From Candidatus Uhrbacteria bacterium GW2011_GWE2_46_68 (GTDB taxonomy: Bacteria > Patescibacteriota > Patescibacteriia > UBA9934 > GWF2-40-263), in contig LCMS01000001.1 in assembly GCA_001002765.1 (NCBI GenBank), positions 4,662 to 68,661 of the forward strand: DNA of 64,000 nt, written 5' to 3'. The notes beneath the pieces are model-generated. The model searched no databases, was not told the origin of the DNA, and was given only the letters and a program-made list of their open reading frames with translations. Shown piece by piece: positions 8,049-17,454 of this stretch. Each line of letters opens with the position of its first letter. Position 1 is the stretch's first letter. The translations under genes and the position numbers were made by a program.

Positions 8049-9857
8049 ATGCGTTCCCTTCTTCTCGCTACTCTCATCTTCACCTCGGGCTGCAACCCAG
8101 CTTTCATCTTCGACGGCACCTCCACTGACACCGGCAGCGTCATCGACGACGACACTGGCATCCAGATCGAGGACACCGACATCGAAGATGGCTTCGAGCA
8201 GGGCCCCCAGATCGATCCCGACGACCTCGACAACCTCTTCGACGAGGACGAGACCGACGCGGACGAGGACGGCAGCCCGGCTTCCGAGGACTGCGACGAT
8301 CACGACGACGATGTGTACCCTGGTGCCACCGAGAAGTGCGACGGCGATGACAATGACTGCAACGGCGAAGTGGACGAGGGCTGCTCCGACAGCTCCTACA
8401 CCTACTACCGCGACAGCGACAGCGACGGGTACGGCGACAGCGCCGTGACCACGACCGTCACCACGGCCACGGCCCCCACGGGCTACGTCGCAAACGATGA
8501 CGACTGCGATGACATGAGCGCAGCCGTGAGCCCCGCCGACGCCGAGATCTGCAACAGCATCGATGACGACTGTGATGGCAGCGTGGACGAGGGCGTCACC
8601 ACCACCTTCTACGCCGACACCGATACCGACACCTATGGCAACGTGGCCTCCACCAAGGCCGCGTGCAGCCAGCCCACGGGCTACGTCGCAAACGATGATG
8701 ACTGCAACGACAGCACCTCCTCGGCCCACCCGGGCGCGACTGAGAGCTGCAATGACAGCATCGACAACGACTGCGATGGCGATACCAACGAGGGCTGCAC
8801 CGGCAGTGCCTCGGACAACGATGGCGACGGCTACACCGAGGACGGCGGCGACTGCGATGACACCGACAACAGCGTCCACCCGGGCGCCACCGAGACCTGC
8901 GACAGCGAGGACGACGACTGCGACGGCATCGTGGATGAGAGCGTGACCGTGACCTACTACCGCGACAGCGACAGCGACGGCTACGGCGTGGCGACCACCA
9001 CGATCGCGGCCTGCTCCGCACCGAGCGGGTACGTCACCAACTCGACCGACTGCAATGATGTGAGCGGAAGCGTCCACCCGGGCGCGACCGAGACCTGCAA
9101 CTACACGGATGACGATTGCGACGGATCCACGGACGAGGGCGTGATCAACACGTACTACCGCGACAGCGACAGCGACGGCTATGGCGTGAGCACCACGACC
9201 ACGGCCGCCTGTTCCGCTCCCACGGGCTACGTCACGAACTCGACTGACTGCAACGACACCAGTGCGGCCGTGAGCCCCGCCGATGTCGAGATCGACAATG
9301 ACATCGATGATGACTGCGACGGTACGATCGACGAGGGCTTCACCAGCACCTCGGATCCCTGCAGCGGGCAGCTCGCCTGCTTCGTGAACGATGACAGCGA
9401 CAGCTACAACGATGTCCTCTACGTCCATATGTCCCTCTTCACCCAGGGCTCGACCTACCAGACCCACGACGCGGTCGTGGTCGGGATCGGCGGCTCCTGG
9501 GACCTGAATGACGACAACGTGGCCGTGATCGAAGATGGTTCGTGGTTCGTGATCGACCCCAGCACCTGGTCGTGCGGAGTCGAACAAGATGTCACCCTCG
9601 TGTCCTCCCTGGACAACGACGGCGTCGATCTGTTCGATGAGTACGACTGCGATACGGATGAAGAGCTCGAGACGTCCGCCTGCGACGGAGTAGTTTCCTA
9701 CGCCACCTGGTCTTCCGAGGCCATCTGGCTCCAGAATTACGCCTTCTGCACGGGCGGATCGACGATCGCCGGCCAGATCTGTGAAAGCCAGGGCACCACG
9801 TCGTACCTCTTCTCCCTGGAGGTCGACTGCAGCACCCGCGAGTTCCGGGCGGATTAG
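8049..9857 (+). CDS. lipoprotein with about 7 MopE-type Cys/Asp-rich repeats and a distinct C-terminal domain
   Basis: Start chosen at MRSLLLATLIFTSGC|N (lipobox) with aaggag 10 nt upstream. Repeats read DCDD.DDDV.PGA.E.C.G.DNDC.G.VDEG, alternating with YYRDSDSDGYG. Confidence 0.7.
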   Translation: MRSLLLATLIFTSGCNPAFIFDGTSTDTGSVIDDDTGIQIEDTDIEDGFEQGPQIDPDDLDNLFDEDETDADEDGSPASEDCDDHDDDVYPGATEKCDGDDNDCNGEVDEGCSDSSYTYYRDSDSDGYGDSAVTTTVTTATAPTGYVANDDDCDDMSAAVSPADAEICNSIDDDCDGSVDEGVTTTFYADTDTDTYGNVASTKAACSQPTGYVANDDDCNDSTSSAHPGATESCNDSIDNDCDGDTNEGCTGSASDNDGDGYTEDGGDCDDTDNSVHPGATETCDSEDDDCDGIVDESVTVTYYRDSDSDGYGVATTTIAACSAPSGYVTNSTDCNDVSGSVHPGATETCNYTDDDCDGSTDEGVINTYYRDSDSDGYGVSTTTTAACSAPTGYVTNSTDCNDTSAAVSPADVEIDNDIDDDCDGTIDEGFTSTSDPCSGQLACFVNDDSDSYNDVLYVHMSLFTQGSTYQTHDAVVVGIGGSWDLNDDNVAVIEDGSWFVIDPSTWSCGVEQDVTLVSSLDNDGVDLFDEYDCDTDEELETSACDGVVSYATWSSEAIWLQNYAFCTGGSTIAGQICESQGTTSYLFSLEVDCSTREFRAD

Positions 9858-9966
9858 CCGTTCCGTTCGTCTCCGTTCCTACGTTATACGCGAGCCCCTT
9901 GTCTTTGTTCACACTTCGGTGTGTTCATTGACCAGGGGCTCTTGTTGTTTTCAAGGTTGATGATCC

Positions 9967-10018
9967 GGTAGGGGCGAACGGCCGTTCGCCCCTACCGTAC
10001 CGGCCGTTCGCCCCTACG
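9967..10018. repeat. GC-rich palindrome copy P2 plus a half-copy
   Basis: ggtaggggcgaacggccgttcgcccctacc followed by gtaccggccgttcgcccctacg. Confidence 0.9.
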
Positions 10019-10219
10019 ATTCATTGACATTTTTGCCAAAATATGGTAAAAACTTAGGCCAATTTTGGCTGAAAATATCGCTGATTTGACATAAAAACCT
10101 CTGGTTTAGGGATTTTTATGTCAGGTCAGTTCAGAGGTTCCTTCCACCATCGTGCGTTACGACCTGGCGCGCGATATTTCCAACAATGACCCGACCCCCA
10201 ACCCTCAAGGGAGGTTTCC

Positions 10220-12955
10220 ATGCGTCTTTTTCTGTGTGGTCTCTTTCTCATCTCCGGCTGCGAGTTTTTCGGCCCGGCCAGCGTTTTCGACGACACCAAG
10301 CCCGATGATTCGGGCACTATCGACACCGGTGCCCCCTGCGAAGAGCAGGCCTGGTACCGCGACAGCGACGGCGATGGGTACGGCATCTCGGTTTCCGAAA
10401 CCTGGGCCTGTGAGGCCCCCGAAGGCTTCGTGGCCAACGGCAAGGACTGCGATGACGACGACCCTGCGGTCAACCCCGGAGCGGTCGAAGTCTGCAACGG
10501 GATCGATGACAACTGCGACGGTGAGATCGACAACGATCCCGACGGCGACGACATCTGGTACATCGACGCGGACAGCGATGGCTACGGCAACCCGGACATG
10601 GCCCAGGACTGCGATGGCTATGACTGGTTCGTGAGCCAGGCGGGCGACTGCAACGATCTCGACCCCGCGGTCAACCCCGCGGCCACCGAGCTGTGCGACG
10701 AAGTCGACAACGACTGCGACGACACGATCGACGAGGATGATGCGGCCGATGCCACGCCCTGGTACGAGGACTTCGATGGCGATCTCTACGGCAACCTTGC
10801 CGTGGTGCGTGACGCCTGTGCGGAGCCCGAGGGCTACGTGGCCGACGCAACCGACTGCGATGACACGGACGCGGGTGTGAACCCCGACGCCAGCGAGTTC
10901 TGCGACGAGAAGGACAACAACTGCAACAGCGAAGTGGACGAGGGTGTGACCCTCACCTTCTACGCCGATGCTGATGCCGATCTCTACGGCGACGTGGGCA
11001 ACACCACGGAGGCCTGCCTCCTGACCGACGGCTACACCGAGGACGCAACCGACTGCGATGACGATGATCCCGCGGTCAACCCCGGCGCGGTCGAAGACTG
11101 CAATGGCATGGATGACGACTGCAACGGCGAAGTGGACGAGGGCGTGACCCTCACCTTCTACGTCGATGTCGACGCCGATCTCTATGGCGACGCGATGGTC
11201 TACGTCGAGTCCTGCGAAGCCCCCACGGGCTATGTCGCGGACGCGACCGACTGCAACGATGCCACGGCAAGCGCCTACCCGGGCGCTGACGAGTACTGCG
11301 ACACCCTCGACAACGACTGCGACAGCGTGGTCGACGAGAGCGACGCGATCGATGCCGGCGACTGGTTCGCGGATGCGGATGGCGACCTCTACGGTGATGT
11401 GACCATGGCCTTGCGCGCCTGCATGGCGCCCATGGGCTATGTCGCGGACGCGACCGACTGCAACGATGACACTGCGAGCGCCTACCCCGGCGCCAGTGAG
11501 TACTGCGACACCCTCGACAACGACTGCGACAGCGTGGTCGACGAGAGCGACGCGATCGATGCCCCGACCTGGTACACCGATCTGGACACGGACGGCTACG
11601 GCGACGCGATCACGGCCACCTTCTCTTGCACCGCCCCTGCGGGCATGATCGAGGACGGCACGGACTGCGATGACCTGGACCGTTCGGTTCATCCCAATGC
11701 CACCGAATTCTGTGATGAGATGGACAATGACTGCGATGGCCTGGTCGACGAAGAGCGGGGCAACCTGTTTTTCGCCGATGCGGATGGCGACGGTTTCGGT
11801 GACCCCTCGGTCTCTTCGGAGGCCTGTGCGGCTCCCTTGACCTATGTCGCTGACGACACGGACTGCGATGACACCGACGCGGGTGTGAATCCCGGCGCCG
11901 ACGAGCTCTGCAACGGGCTCGATGACGACTGCGATGGCACGCTGGACGAGGATGCCACGGAAATGAGCGCCTGGTACCTGGACTACGACAACGATTCCTT
12001 TGGGAATTGGATGGCGCAGACCTGGTCGTGTGATCAGCCCGCAGGCTATGTGGCTGACGCCACGGACTGCAATGATCTTCTCTCCTCGGTTTTCCCAAGC
12101 GCCTCCGAGACCTGCAACGGGCTCGATGACGACTGCGACGGCACCACCGATGAGGGGGTGAAGACCACTTTCTACGCGGATGCGGACGCGGACGGCTACG
12201 GCAACGTGGCTGTGACCGAGGAAGCTTGCGATCCCTCCGAAGGGTTCGTCTATGATTCCACGGACTGCGACGATGCCGATGTGGATGTGAACCCCGGCGC
12301 CGACGAGTTCTGCAACAGCCTCGATGACAACTGTGATGGCACGGTGGACGAGGATGATGCGGTCGACGCCCCGACCTGGTACGCGGACAGTGATCTCGAC
12401 CTCTACGGTGATGAGAACAACACCCTGGAGGTGTGCACCGCTCCCGCGGGCTACATCGCCGACGCGACCGACTGCGATGACACCGATGATCTCGTGAACC
12501 CCGAGGGGATCGAGATCTGCGATGACACGATCGACAACGACTGCGACGGGGACACCGACCTTTCCGACGAGTGCCTCTATGAAGGAACCTACACGGGAAC
12601 CTTCGAGGCCGATGTTACCTTGACCGCCTTCGGGATCACGGACACCTGTGAGGGTGCTGTGGAGCTCGATGTTGCGATCGACGGGGAGCCCATGATCTTC
12701 GGTGAGGCGTCATGTGCCTTCTCGGGATTGTTCGCCACCTATTACGCTGACGACATCATCGGCGCGATCGAGGGAGACATCTTCTCGGACATGGATGCCG
12801 AGGGCGATCTCTACGATGACGACGAGATCTTCTCGTCCATCTGGACCGGGATTTTCGACACCGATGAGCTCGACGCCACGTTTGTGGGTGAGGGTACCCT
12901 CCTTGGGTACGCCTACACCTATGACGGGACGTTCGAGACGATTTACACGCCCTAG
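10220..12955 (+). CDS. large lipoprotein (911 aa) with at least 12 MopE-type Cys/Asp-rich repeats
   Basis: Lipobox LISGC|E and RBS gggagg. Repeating DCDD.D..VNPGA.E.CNG.DDDCDG..DE ... WY.D.DGDLYGD units. Confidence 0.7.
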   Translation: MRLFLCGLFLISGCEFFGPASVFDDTKPDDSGTIDTGAPCEEQAWYRDSDGDGYGISVSETWACEAPEGFVANGKDCDDDDPAVNPGAVEVCNGIDDNCDGEIDNDPDGDDIWYIDADSDGYGNPDMAQDCDGYDWFVSQAGDCNDLDPAVNPAATELCDEVDNDCDDTIDEDDAADATPWYEDFDGDLYGNLAVVRDACAEPEGYVADATDCDDTDAGVNPDASEFCDEKDNNCNSEVDEGVTLTFYADADADLYGDVGNTTEACLLTDGYTEDATDCDDDDPAVNPGAVEDCNGMDDDCNGEVDEGVTLTFYVDVDADLYGDAMVYVESCEAPTGYVADATDCNDATASAYPGADEYCDTLDNDCDSVVDESDAIDAGDWFADADGDLYGDVTMALRACMAPMGYVADATDCNDDTASAYPGASEYCDTLDNDCDSVVDESDAIDAPTWYTDLDTDGYGDAITATFSCTAPAGMIEDGTDCDDLDRSVHPNATEFCDEMDNDCDGLVDEERGNLFFADADGDGFGDPSVSSEACAAPLTYVADDTDCDDTDAGVNPGADELCNGLDDDCDGTLDEDATEMSAWYLDYDNDSFGNWMAQTWSCDQPAGYVADATDCNDLLSSVFPSASETCNGLDDDCDGTTDEGVKTTFYADADADGYGNVAVTEEACDPSEGFVYDSTDCDDADVDVNPGADEFCNSLDDNCDGTVDEDDAVDAPTWYADSDLDLYGDENNTLEVCTAPAGYIADATDCDDTDDLVNPEGIEICDDTIDNDCDGDTDLSDECLYEGTYTGTFEADVTLTAFGITDTCEGAVELDVAIDGEPMIFGEASCAFSGLFATYYADDIIGAIEGDIFSDMDAEGDLYDDDEIFSSIWTGIFDTDELDATFVGEGTLLGYAYTYDGTFETIYTP

Positions 12956-12983
12956 CTACGGCTATAGGAGGCGGATAACACGA

Positions 12984-13016
12984 AGCGGCAGCTGACGACC
13001 AGCGCCGCTTTTTTCG
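12984..13016 (+). terminator. Rho-independent terminator
   Basis: agcggc-N14-gccgct followed by tttttt. Confidence 0.6.
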
Positions 13017-13026
13017 TTGAGAAGTA

Positions 13027-13221
13027 GGGGTCAGGTCCGGACATCGGACTTTTTGGAGAGACAATGAAAATTTAACGCATTTTTTACTTTTTTTAGAAGA
13101 TATTCATCACTTTTTTATCCATCAATGCATTAAAACTGAAAAAATATAAGGAGCATTTTCCTCAAAATAAGAGAAGTATTTTTGATCTTTCTTGAAAAAG
13201 TCCGATGTCCGGACCTGACCC
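13027..13221. mobile_element. MITE-like element (195 bp) with 28-bp perfect terminal inverted repeats GGGGTCAGGTCCGGACATCGGACTTTTT
   Basis: TIRs read directly and the interior is AT-rich and non-coding. It shares the outer GGGGTCAGGTC with the element at 52441-52597. Confidence 0.55.
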
Positions 13222-13260
13222 CACAACCCGATTTGTTTTGTGCTACAATACACTTAAGAT

Positions 13261-14814
13261 ATGGTGGAATTTCGATCTCTTTACGCCCACGCGGAGGAAC
13301 ATATCACATTGCTCACTTTTGGATTATTCATCCTGCTTGGAGCTTTGCTTATTTTGCAAAGCTTATTTTCTCCATTTTTGATTTTGTCGATCCTTCTTGT
13401 GATCGGCTTTTTTATTTTGAGTTTTTATCGCCCGTTGTGGACCCTTGCCTTTGTTGCCATCTATCTTCCTTTTGAAAGTGTGCTCCTTAAGTTTATTCCC
13501 GAGGATATTTATGTGTTCGCGCGTTACTTTTCCGAAGGGCTTATTTATCTTCTTTGCGCGGTCGTTCTTTGGCATATCCTTTCAGGAAAAATAAAACTAC
13601 GACACACACCGATCGATTTTCCTTTCATCTTATTCGTGATTATTCTTCTTTCCTCCGCACTTATTAATGTTGTAGAACCCACCGTAGCCGTTTTAGGAAT
13701 CCGTCAGATCATTCGGTTCATTCTGGTTTTTTATCTTGTCTCTTACCTGCGTCCGTCCAAAACCTATATCAAACGCCTCACCGCCGCGATGTTTGCGGTT
13801 GTATTGGGAGAATCTCTCATCGGCATCACCCAGTCGTTTGTTGGAGAATCTATGGACGCTTTTTTACTGCCTTCGGACATGCGTTCGCTTGGAGACATCA
13901 CTCTTACTTCGGGTGTTTCCCAATTTTGGGATCCTGGGTCGCGAGTATTCGCCACTCTTGGACGTTATGATCGCCTTGGAAATTTTCTTTATTTGTTCCT
14001 TTTGATGGGCGTGGGATTCTTGTATGAGGCGCGCAGTTGGGTGGATCGTCGACAATTATGGCTTCTTTTTGCTTTGGGGCTTCCCGCTTTGCTGCTCACG
14101 TATTCCCGTTCATCTTGGTTTGCATTTTTGTTCGGGTTTTTATTTGTGAGCCTTTGGATCAAACGTGATCGTCGCGTGGCGATTGCGTTTGCCGGATTTT
14201 TGATTGTGATCGCCTCTTATCTCACACTCACTGGATTACAAGTACGATTCATCACCGAGGCTCCGGGGCAAACCTTGACCGAACGTTTTTATGAGACGTT
14301 TAGTTATGCCAGGTGGCGAGGGGAATATATCGGACTTGGACGTGTATTTTGGTTCGTGCAGACGATCACGACCGTGGTGCCTGCATCTCCGTTGTTTGGA
14401 TTTGGTCCGGGACAATATGGTGGAGGAGCCGTGGCTGCACTTGGAAACGCGGTGGTATATGAGAGGTTGGGATTACCCTATGGCGTGTTTGGCACCGAAG
14501 GCATGATTGATAACAATTGGTTTTCTCTGTGGGGAGAAAGTGGAACGCTCGGCATCATTTTTTACGGATGGATGTATATCGGACTTTTTCTTTATGCCTT
14601 GCGCGTCTATCATCGCAGTCAAGACCCGACCGTTCGTGCTATGGCCATGGGACTTGCGGCCATACTTCTTGGCGTGGGATTCAATGCGTTTACATCGACC
14701 GTTTTGGAAATTCGTACGCTTGCATTTTATCTTTGGCTCTACGCGGGCTTTTTGTATGTGTTGGATCAAAAACGTCCGCGTGCGAAACATCGTCGCTTAA
14801 AAGAGGAGATATGA
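13261..14814 (+). CDS. polytopic membrane protein, O-antigen ligase/polymerase-like
   Basis: About 12 predicted TM segments and a position next to two GT4 genes; the family assignment is tentative. Confidence 0.45.
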   Translation: MVEFRSLYAHAEEHITLLTFGLFILLGALLILQSLFSPFLILSILLVIGFFILSFYRPLWTLAFVAIYLPFESVLLKFIPEDIYVFARYFSEGLIYLLCAVVLWHILSGKIKLRHTPIDFPFILFVIILLSSALINVVEPTVAVLGIRQIIRFILVFYLVSYLRPSKTYIKRLTAAMFAVVLGESLIGITQSFVGESMDAFLLPSDMRSLGDITLTSGVSQFWDPGSRVFATLGRYDRLGNFLYLFLLMGVGFLYEARSWVDRRQLWLLFALGLPALLLTYSRSSWFAFLFGFLFVSLWIKRDRRVAIAFAGFLIVIASYLTLTGLQVRFITEAPGQTLTERFYETFSYARWRGEYIGLGRVFWFVQTITTVVPASPLFGFGPGQYGGGAVAALGNAVVYERLGLPYGVFGTEGMIDNNWFSLWGESGTLGIIFYGWMYIGLFLYALRVYHRSQDPTVRAMAMGLAAILLGVGFNAFTSTVLEIRTLAFYLWLYAGFLYVLDQKRPRAKHRRLKEEI

Positions 14815-16031
14815 AGATGATCATGGCCAATAAATTTTATTATCTTCGAGGCGGAGCAGAACGTTATCTTCTTGATGTTTCCAAGCGTTTGGAAGCGCAA
14901 GGCCATGAGATCATTCCCTTTGCCATGAAGGATGTACAGAATCTGGAAACTCCTTACGAACGATTTTTCGTAAGCCAAGTGGAAACGCAGCGCACACGTT
15001 TTGATTGGCAAGGTTTGCGCACCTTTGGCCGGATGCTTTATTCGTTTGAGGCGAAAAAAAAGATGAACGCTTTGATCAAAGAAGTACAACCGGATTTTTG
15101 CCACATCCATAATATTTATGGTCAAATTTCTCCTTCGATTCTTGATGCGCTTCAAAAAAATAAAATTCCCGTGGTCATGACCGTACACGATCACCATTTG
15201 GTTTCACCCGCCTACAATGTGTGGGCACAGGGGTGTGGGTCTCAAGATATTCCGCGTGGAGTAGTGCGAGCGACTTTTTCTCGTTTTCATAAAGATTCCT
15301 TGGTTGCCAGTTTCGCTCAAGTTCTCGCCTTTCGTTTGCACGAGATGATGGGAATCTACAAACACAAAGTTGATTTGTTTCTTTGCCCATCTGTATATAT
15401 GCGCAGCCGATTGATCGCGACAGGATTTGCCGCGGAAAAAATTCGTGTGTTGCATAATCCCGTGGAAACGGAACGTATTTTGCCGTCTTATCAACATCGC
15501 GGATATTTTTTGTTTGTAGGTCGATTGTCGCCTGAAAAAGGCGGGGCCACTATTTTGCGTCTTGCAAGGTTTTTGCCAAATATCCATTTTAAAATTGTAG
15601 GCAGCGGGCCTGAACAGGAAAAATTGGAACAAAAAGGAAGGGGGCTTAGTAATGTGGAGTTTTTGGGATTTCGCATAGGGGATGCCTTGCAAGAGTTGTA
15701 TCATGGGGCGATCGCGGTTTTGATTCCCTCACGCGTGCAAGACAATTTTCCCTTTACTGCGCTTGAAGCGCATGCATCGGGAAAGCCGGTGATCGGGAGC
15801 GAAGTGGGAGGAATGGGAGAGATTGTACAAGATCGCGTGACCGGGTTTTTGGTAAAGCCTTTGGATTTGCATGGATGGAGTGAGGCTGTAATGCGCCTTT
15901 GGTATGACGACGATTTACAACAACAAATGTCCAAGGCTGCGCGAGAATGGGTAGAAAAACGATTCACCATTCGTGCGCATGATGAACAATTGATGAGGTT
16001 ATATGAGGAGGTAAGGAGAAAAATAAAGTAA
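14811..16031 (+). CDS. glycosyltransferase family 4 (GT1_4 superfamily)
   Basis: N-terminal YYLRGGAERY motif and C-terminal E...E motif region (FPFTALEAHASGKPVIGSEVGG); start MKMIMANK overlaps the upstream stop. Confidence 0.7.
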   Translation: MKMIMANKFYYLRGGAERYLLDVSKRLEAQGHEIIPFAMKDVQNLETPYERFFVSQVETQRTRFDWQGLRTFGRMLYSFEAKKKMNALIKEVQPDFCHIHNIYGQISPSILDALQKNKIPVVMTVHDHHLVSPAYNVWAQGCGSQDIPRGVVRATFSRFHKDSLVASFAQVLAFRLHEMMGIYKHKVDLFLCPSVYMRSRLIATGFAAEKIRVLHNPVETERILPSYQHRGYFLFVGRLSPEKGGATILRLARFLPNIHFKIVGSGPEQEKLEQKGRGLSNVEFLGFRIGDALQELYHGAIAVLIPSRVQDNFPFTALEAHASGKPVIGSEVGGMGEIVQDRVTGFLVKPLDLHGWSEAVMRLWYDDDLQQQMSKAAREWVEKRFTIRAHDEQLMRLYEEVRRKIK

Positions 16032-16034
16032 ATC

Positions 16035-16067
16035 AAAATCCCCGAGATTTTTCTCGGGGATTTTTTG
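16035..16067. terminator. bidirectional terminator between convergent GT genes
   Basis: aaaatccccgaga-tttt-tctcggggatttttt. Confidence 0.65.
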
Positions 16068-16076
16068 ATTAAACGG

Positions 16077-17231
16077 TTAAGATGCGCTCTTTTCCACGAT
16101 CGGCTCCATACAGGATATCTCGTAGAGATAAGCGGTCTTTTGGGCAATATCTCGCCAATCATAGTGAGTTGCCACATAAGTCCGTGCTTCAACTCCGACT
16201 GCTTTCACAAGGTCAGGATGGGTGATCAGCATCTTCAAATGTCCGGCAAGATCATCCACATTATTGGTTTGAAAGGTAAGTCCGGCTTCATCGGTTAATT
16301 CTCGGTTTTCCGGAATATCCGAAGAAAGCACACACTTGCCATAGCCCATGGCTTCCAAAACCGCGATCGGAAGACCTTCAGATTCAGAGGGGTGCACAAC
16401 TGCATAGGAAAAACGAAAGAGAGCGTGGAGCACCGGGCCGGTCTGTGTTCCTGTAAAGACAATTGAGGGGTCATTTTGCGCAAGCGCATGAAGCTCGCGG
16501 ATATAATCCTCGGTAAACGCACTTCCTCCTACAATTGCCAATTTTTTTTGTCCCACAAGTTGAGGCTCATGTGCACGAAGGATCTTCCAAGCTTTGATAA
16601 GCGTGTGAGCCCCTTTATGGCGCACAAGGCGAGAACACATCATGAGATATTCATTTGGAACCAAATCATAGTCTTTGAGGTAAGAAGGGTCTGCATCTTC
16701 CAAGGGGATTTGGGTTCCGTTTGGAATATAGATCGCATGGATTCCATAGCGTTTTTGACAGTATGTTTGGAGAGTTTTGGAGACAACAATGGTGGCGTCA
16801 GGAATACGGCAAGCCATCCATTCTCCAAGCCAAAGCATAAGGCGCGCAAAGGCATTCCATTTTTGATGATGGCGATCCACGCAGTGAAAGGTCACGATCA
16901 CCTTAGCGGAAGGACGTAAGATTTTCGGAAGCCAGGCAAGAAGAGCTGGGCCCACACCATGGATATGAAACACATCCACCTTTTCGCGGGATGCGCGGAG
17001 AATGGAAGTGAAGGTATGGGTAATGGCGTCCAAGTGTTTGGTTTTGATACAGGGAGTTTCTAAACAACGGATTCCACAATAATTGTCCTGCGCCTGTGCA
17101 TACCAACGACGACAAAACACCAAAACCTCATGGCCTTGTTTGACGAGCATCTTGGACAACTCTTCCACATGGCGCTCAATACCGCCGGCATGGGAAGGAA
17201 TGCCCTTTTGTCCGATCATGGCTATCTTCAT
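16077..17231 (-). CDS. glycosyltransferase family 4
   Basis: MKIAMIGQKGIPSHAGGIERHVEEL at the N-terminus and ESEGLPIAVLEAMGYGKCVL at the C-terminus; start trimmed to MKIAMIG. Confidence 0.7.
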   Translation of the reverse strand: MKIAMIGQKGIPSHAGGIERHVEELSKMLVKQGHEVLVFCRRWYAQAQDNYCGIRCLETPCIKTKHLDAITHTFTSILRASREKVDVFHIHGVGPALLAWLPKILRPSAKVIVTFHCVDRHHQKWNAFARLMLWLGEWMACRIPDATIVVSKTLQTYCQKRYGIHAIYIPNGTQIPLEDADPSYLKDYDLVPNEYLMMCSRLVRHKGAHTLIKAWKILRAHEPQLVGQKKLAIVGGSAFTEDYIRELHALAQNDPSIVFTGTQTGPVLHALFRFSYAVVHPSESEGLPIAVLEAMGYGKCVLSSDIPENRELTDEAGLTFQTNNVDDLAGHLKMLITHPDLVKAVGVEARTYVATHYDWRDIAQKTAYLYEISCMEPIVEKSAS

Positions 17232-17326
17232 AAAACAGGTTATATTAGCAAAAAATAGGCATTTTGTCAATCGTTTGAGGTGGATAACATCAAAAAATAA
17301 GGGGAAAAGCCCATGTTTTTCAATAC

Positions 17327-17376
17327 GGTAGGGGCGAACGGCCGTCTGTAGGGGCGAACGGCCGTTCGCCCCTACG
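17327..17376. repeat. GC-rich palindrome copy P3 (a half-copy plus a full copy) in a divergent promoter region
   Basis: ggtaggggcgaacggccgtc followed by tgtaggggcgaacggccgttcgcccctacg. Confidence 0.9.
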
Positions 17377-17454
17377 TAATACCCCTCGATTGACCGGTCA
17401 ATTATGTTTTGTTACGGTAGTCAACCTTGTTCTTTCAAAACAGGAGAGTGAACC

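Noticed and set aside
4988-11692. Long antisense ORFs in the high-GC island: 4988-6241 minus, 7947-9587 minus, 10205-11692 minus, and Arg/Pro-rich ORFs such as 8596-9021 minus and 11610-12098 minus
   Set aside because: They fully overlap the repeat-protein genes. They have low-complexity Ala/Val/Gly/Arg-rich translations typical of stop-codon-poor antisense frames in GC-rich DNA, and they lack signal or RBS context. The sense-strand genes have coherent repeat and lipobox architecture.
15204-16192. Minus-strand ORFs of 160-166 aa inside the first GT4 gene
   Set aside because: They are antisense to a well-supported glycosyltransferase and lack family signal.
7538-17376. Repeated GC palindromes as a possible CRISPR array
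   Set aside because: The copies are kilobases apart with no regular spacing and no unique spacers. They are self-complementary REP-like units, not a repeat-spacer array.
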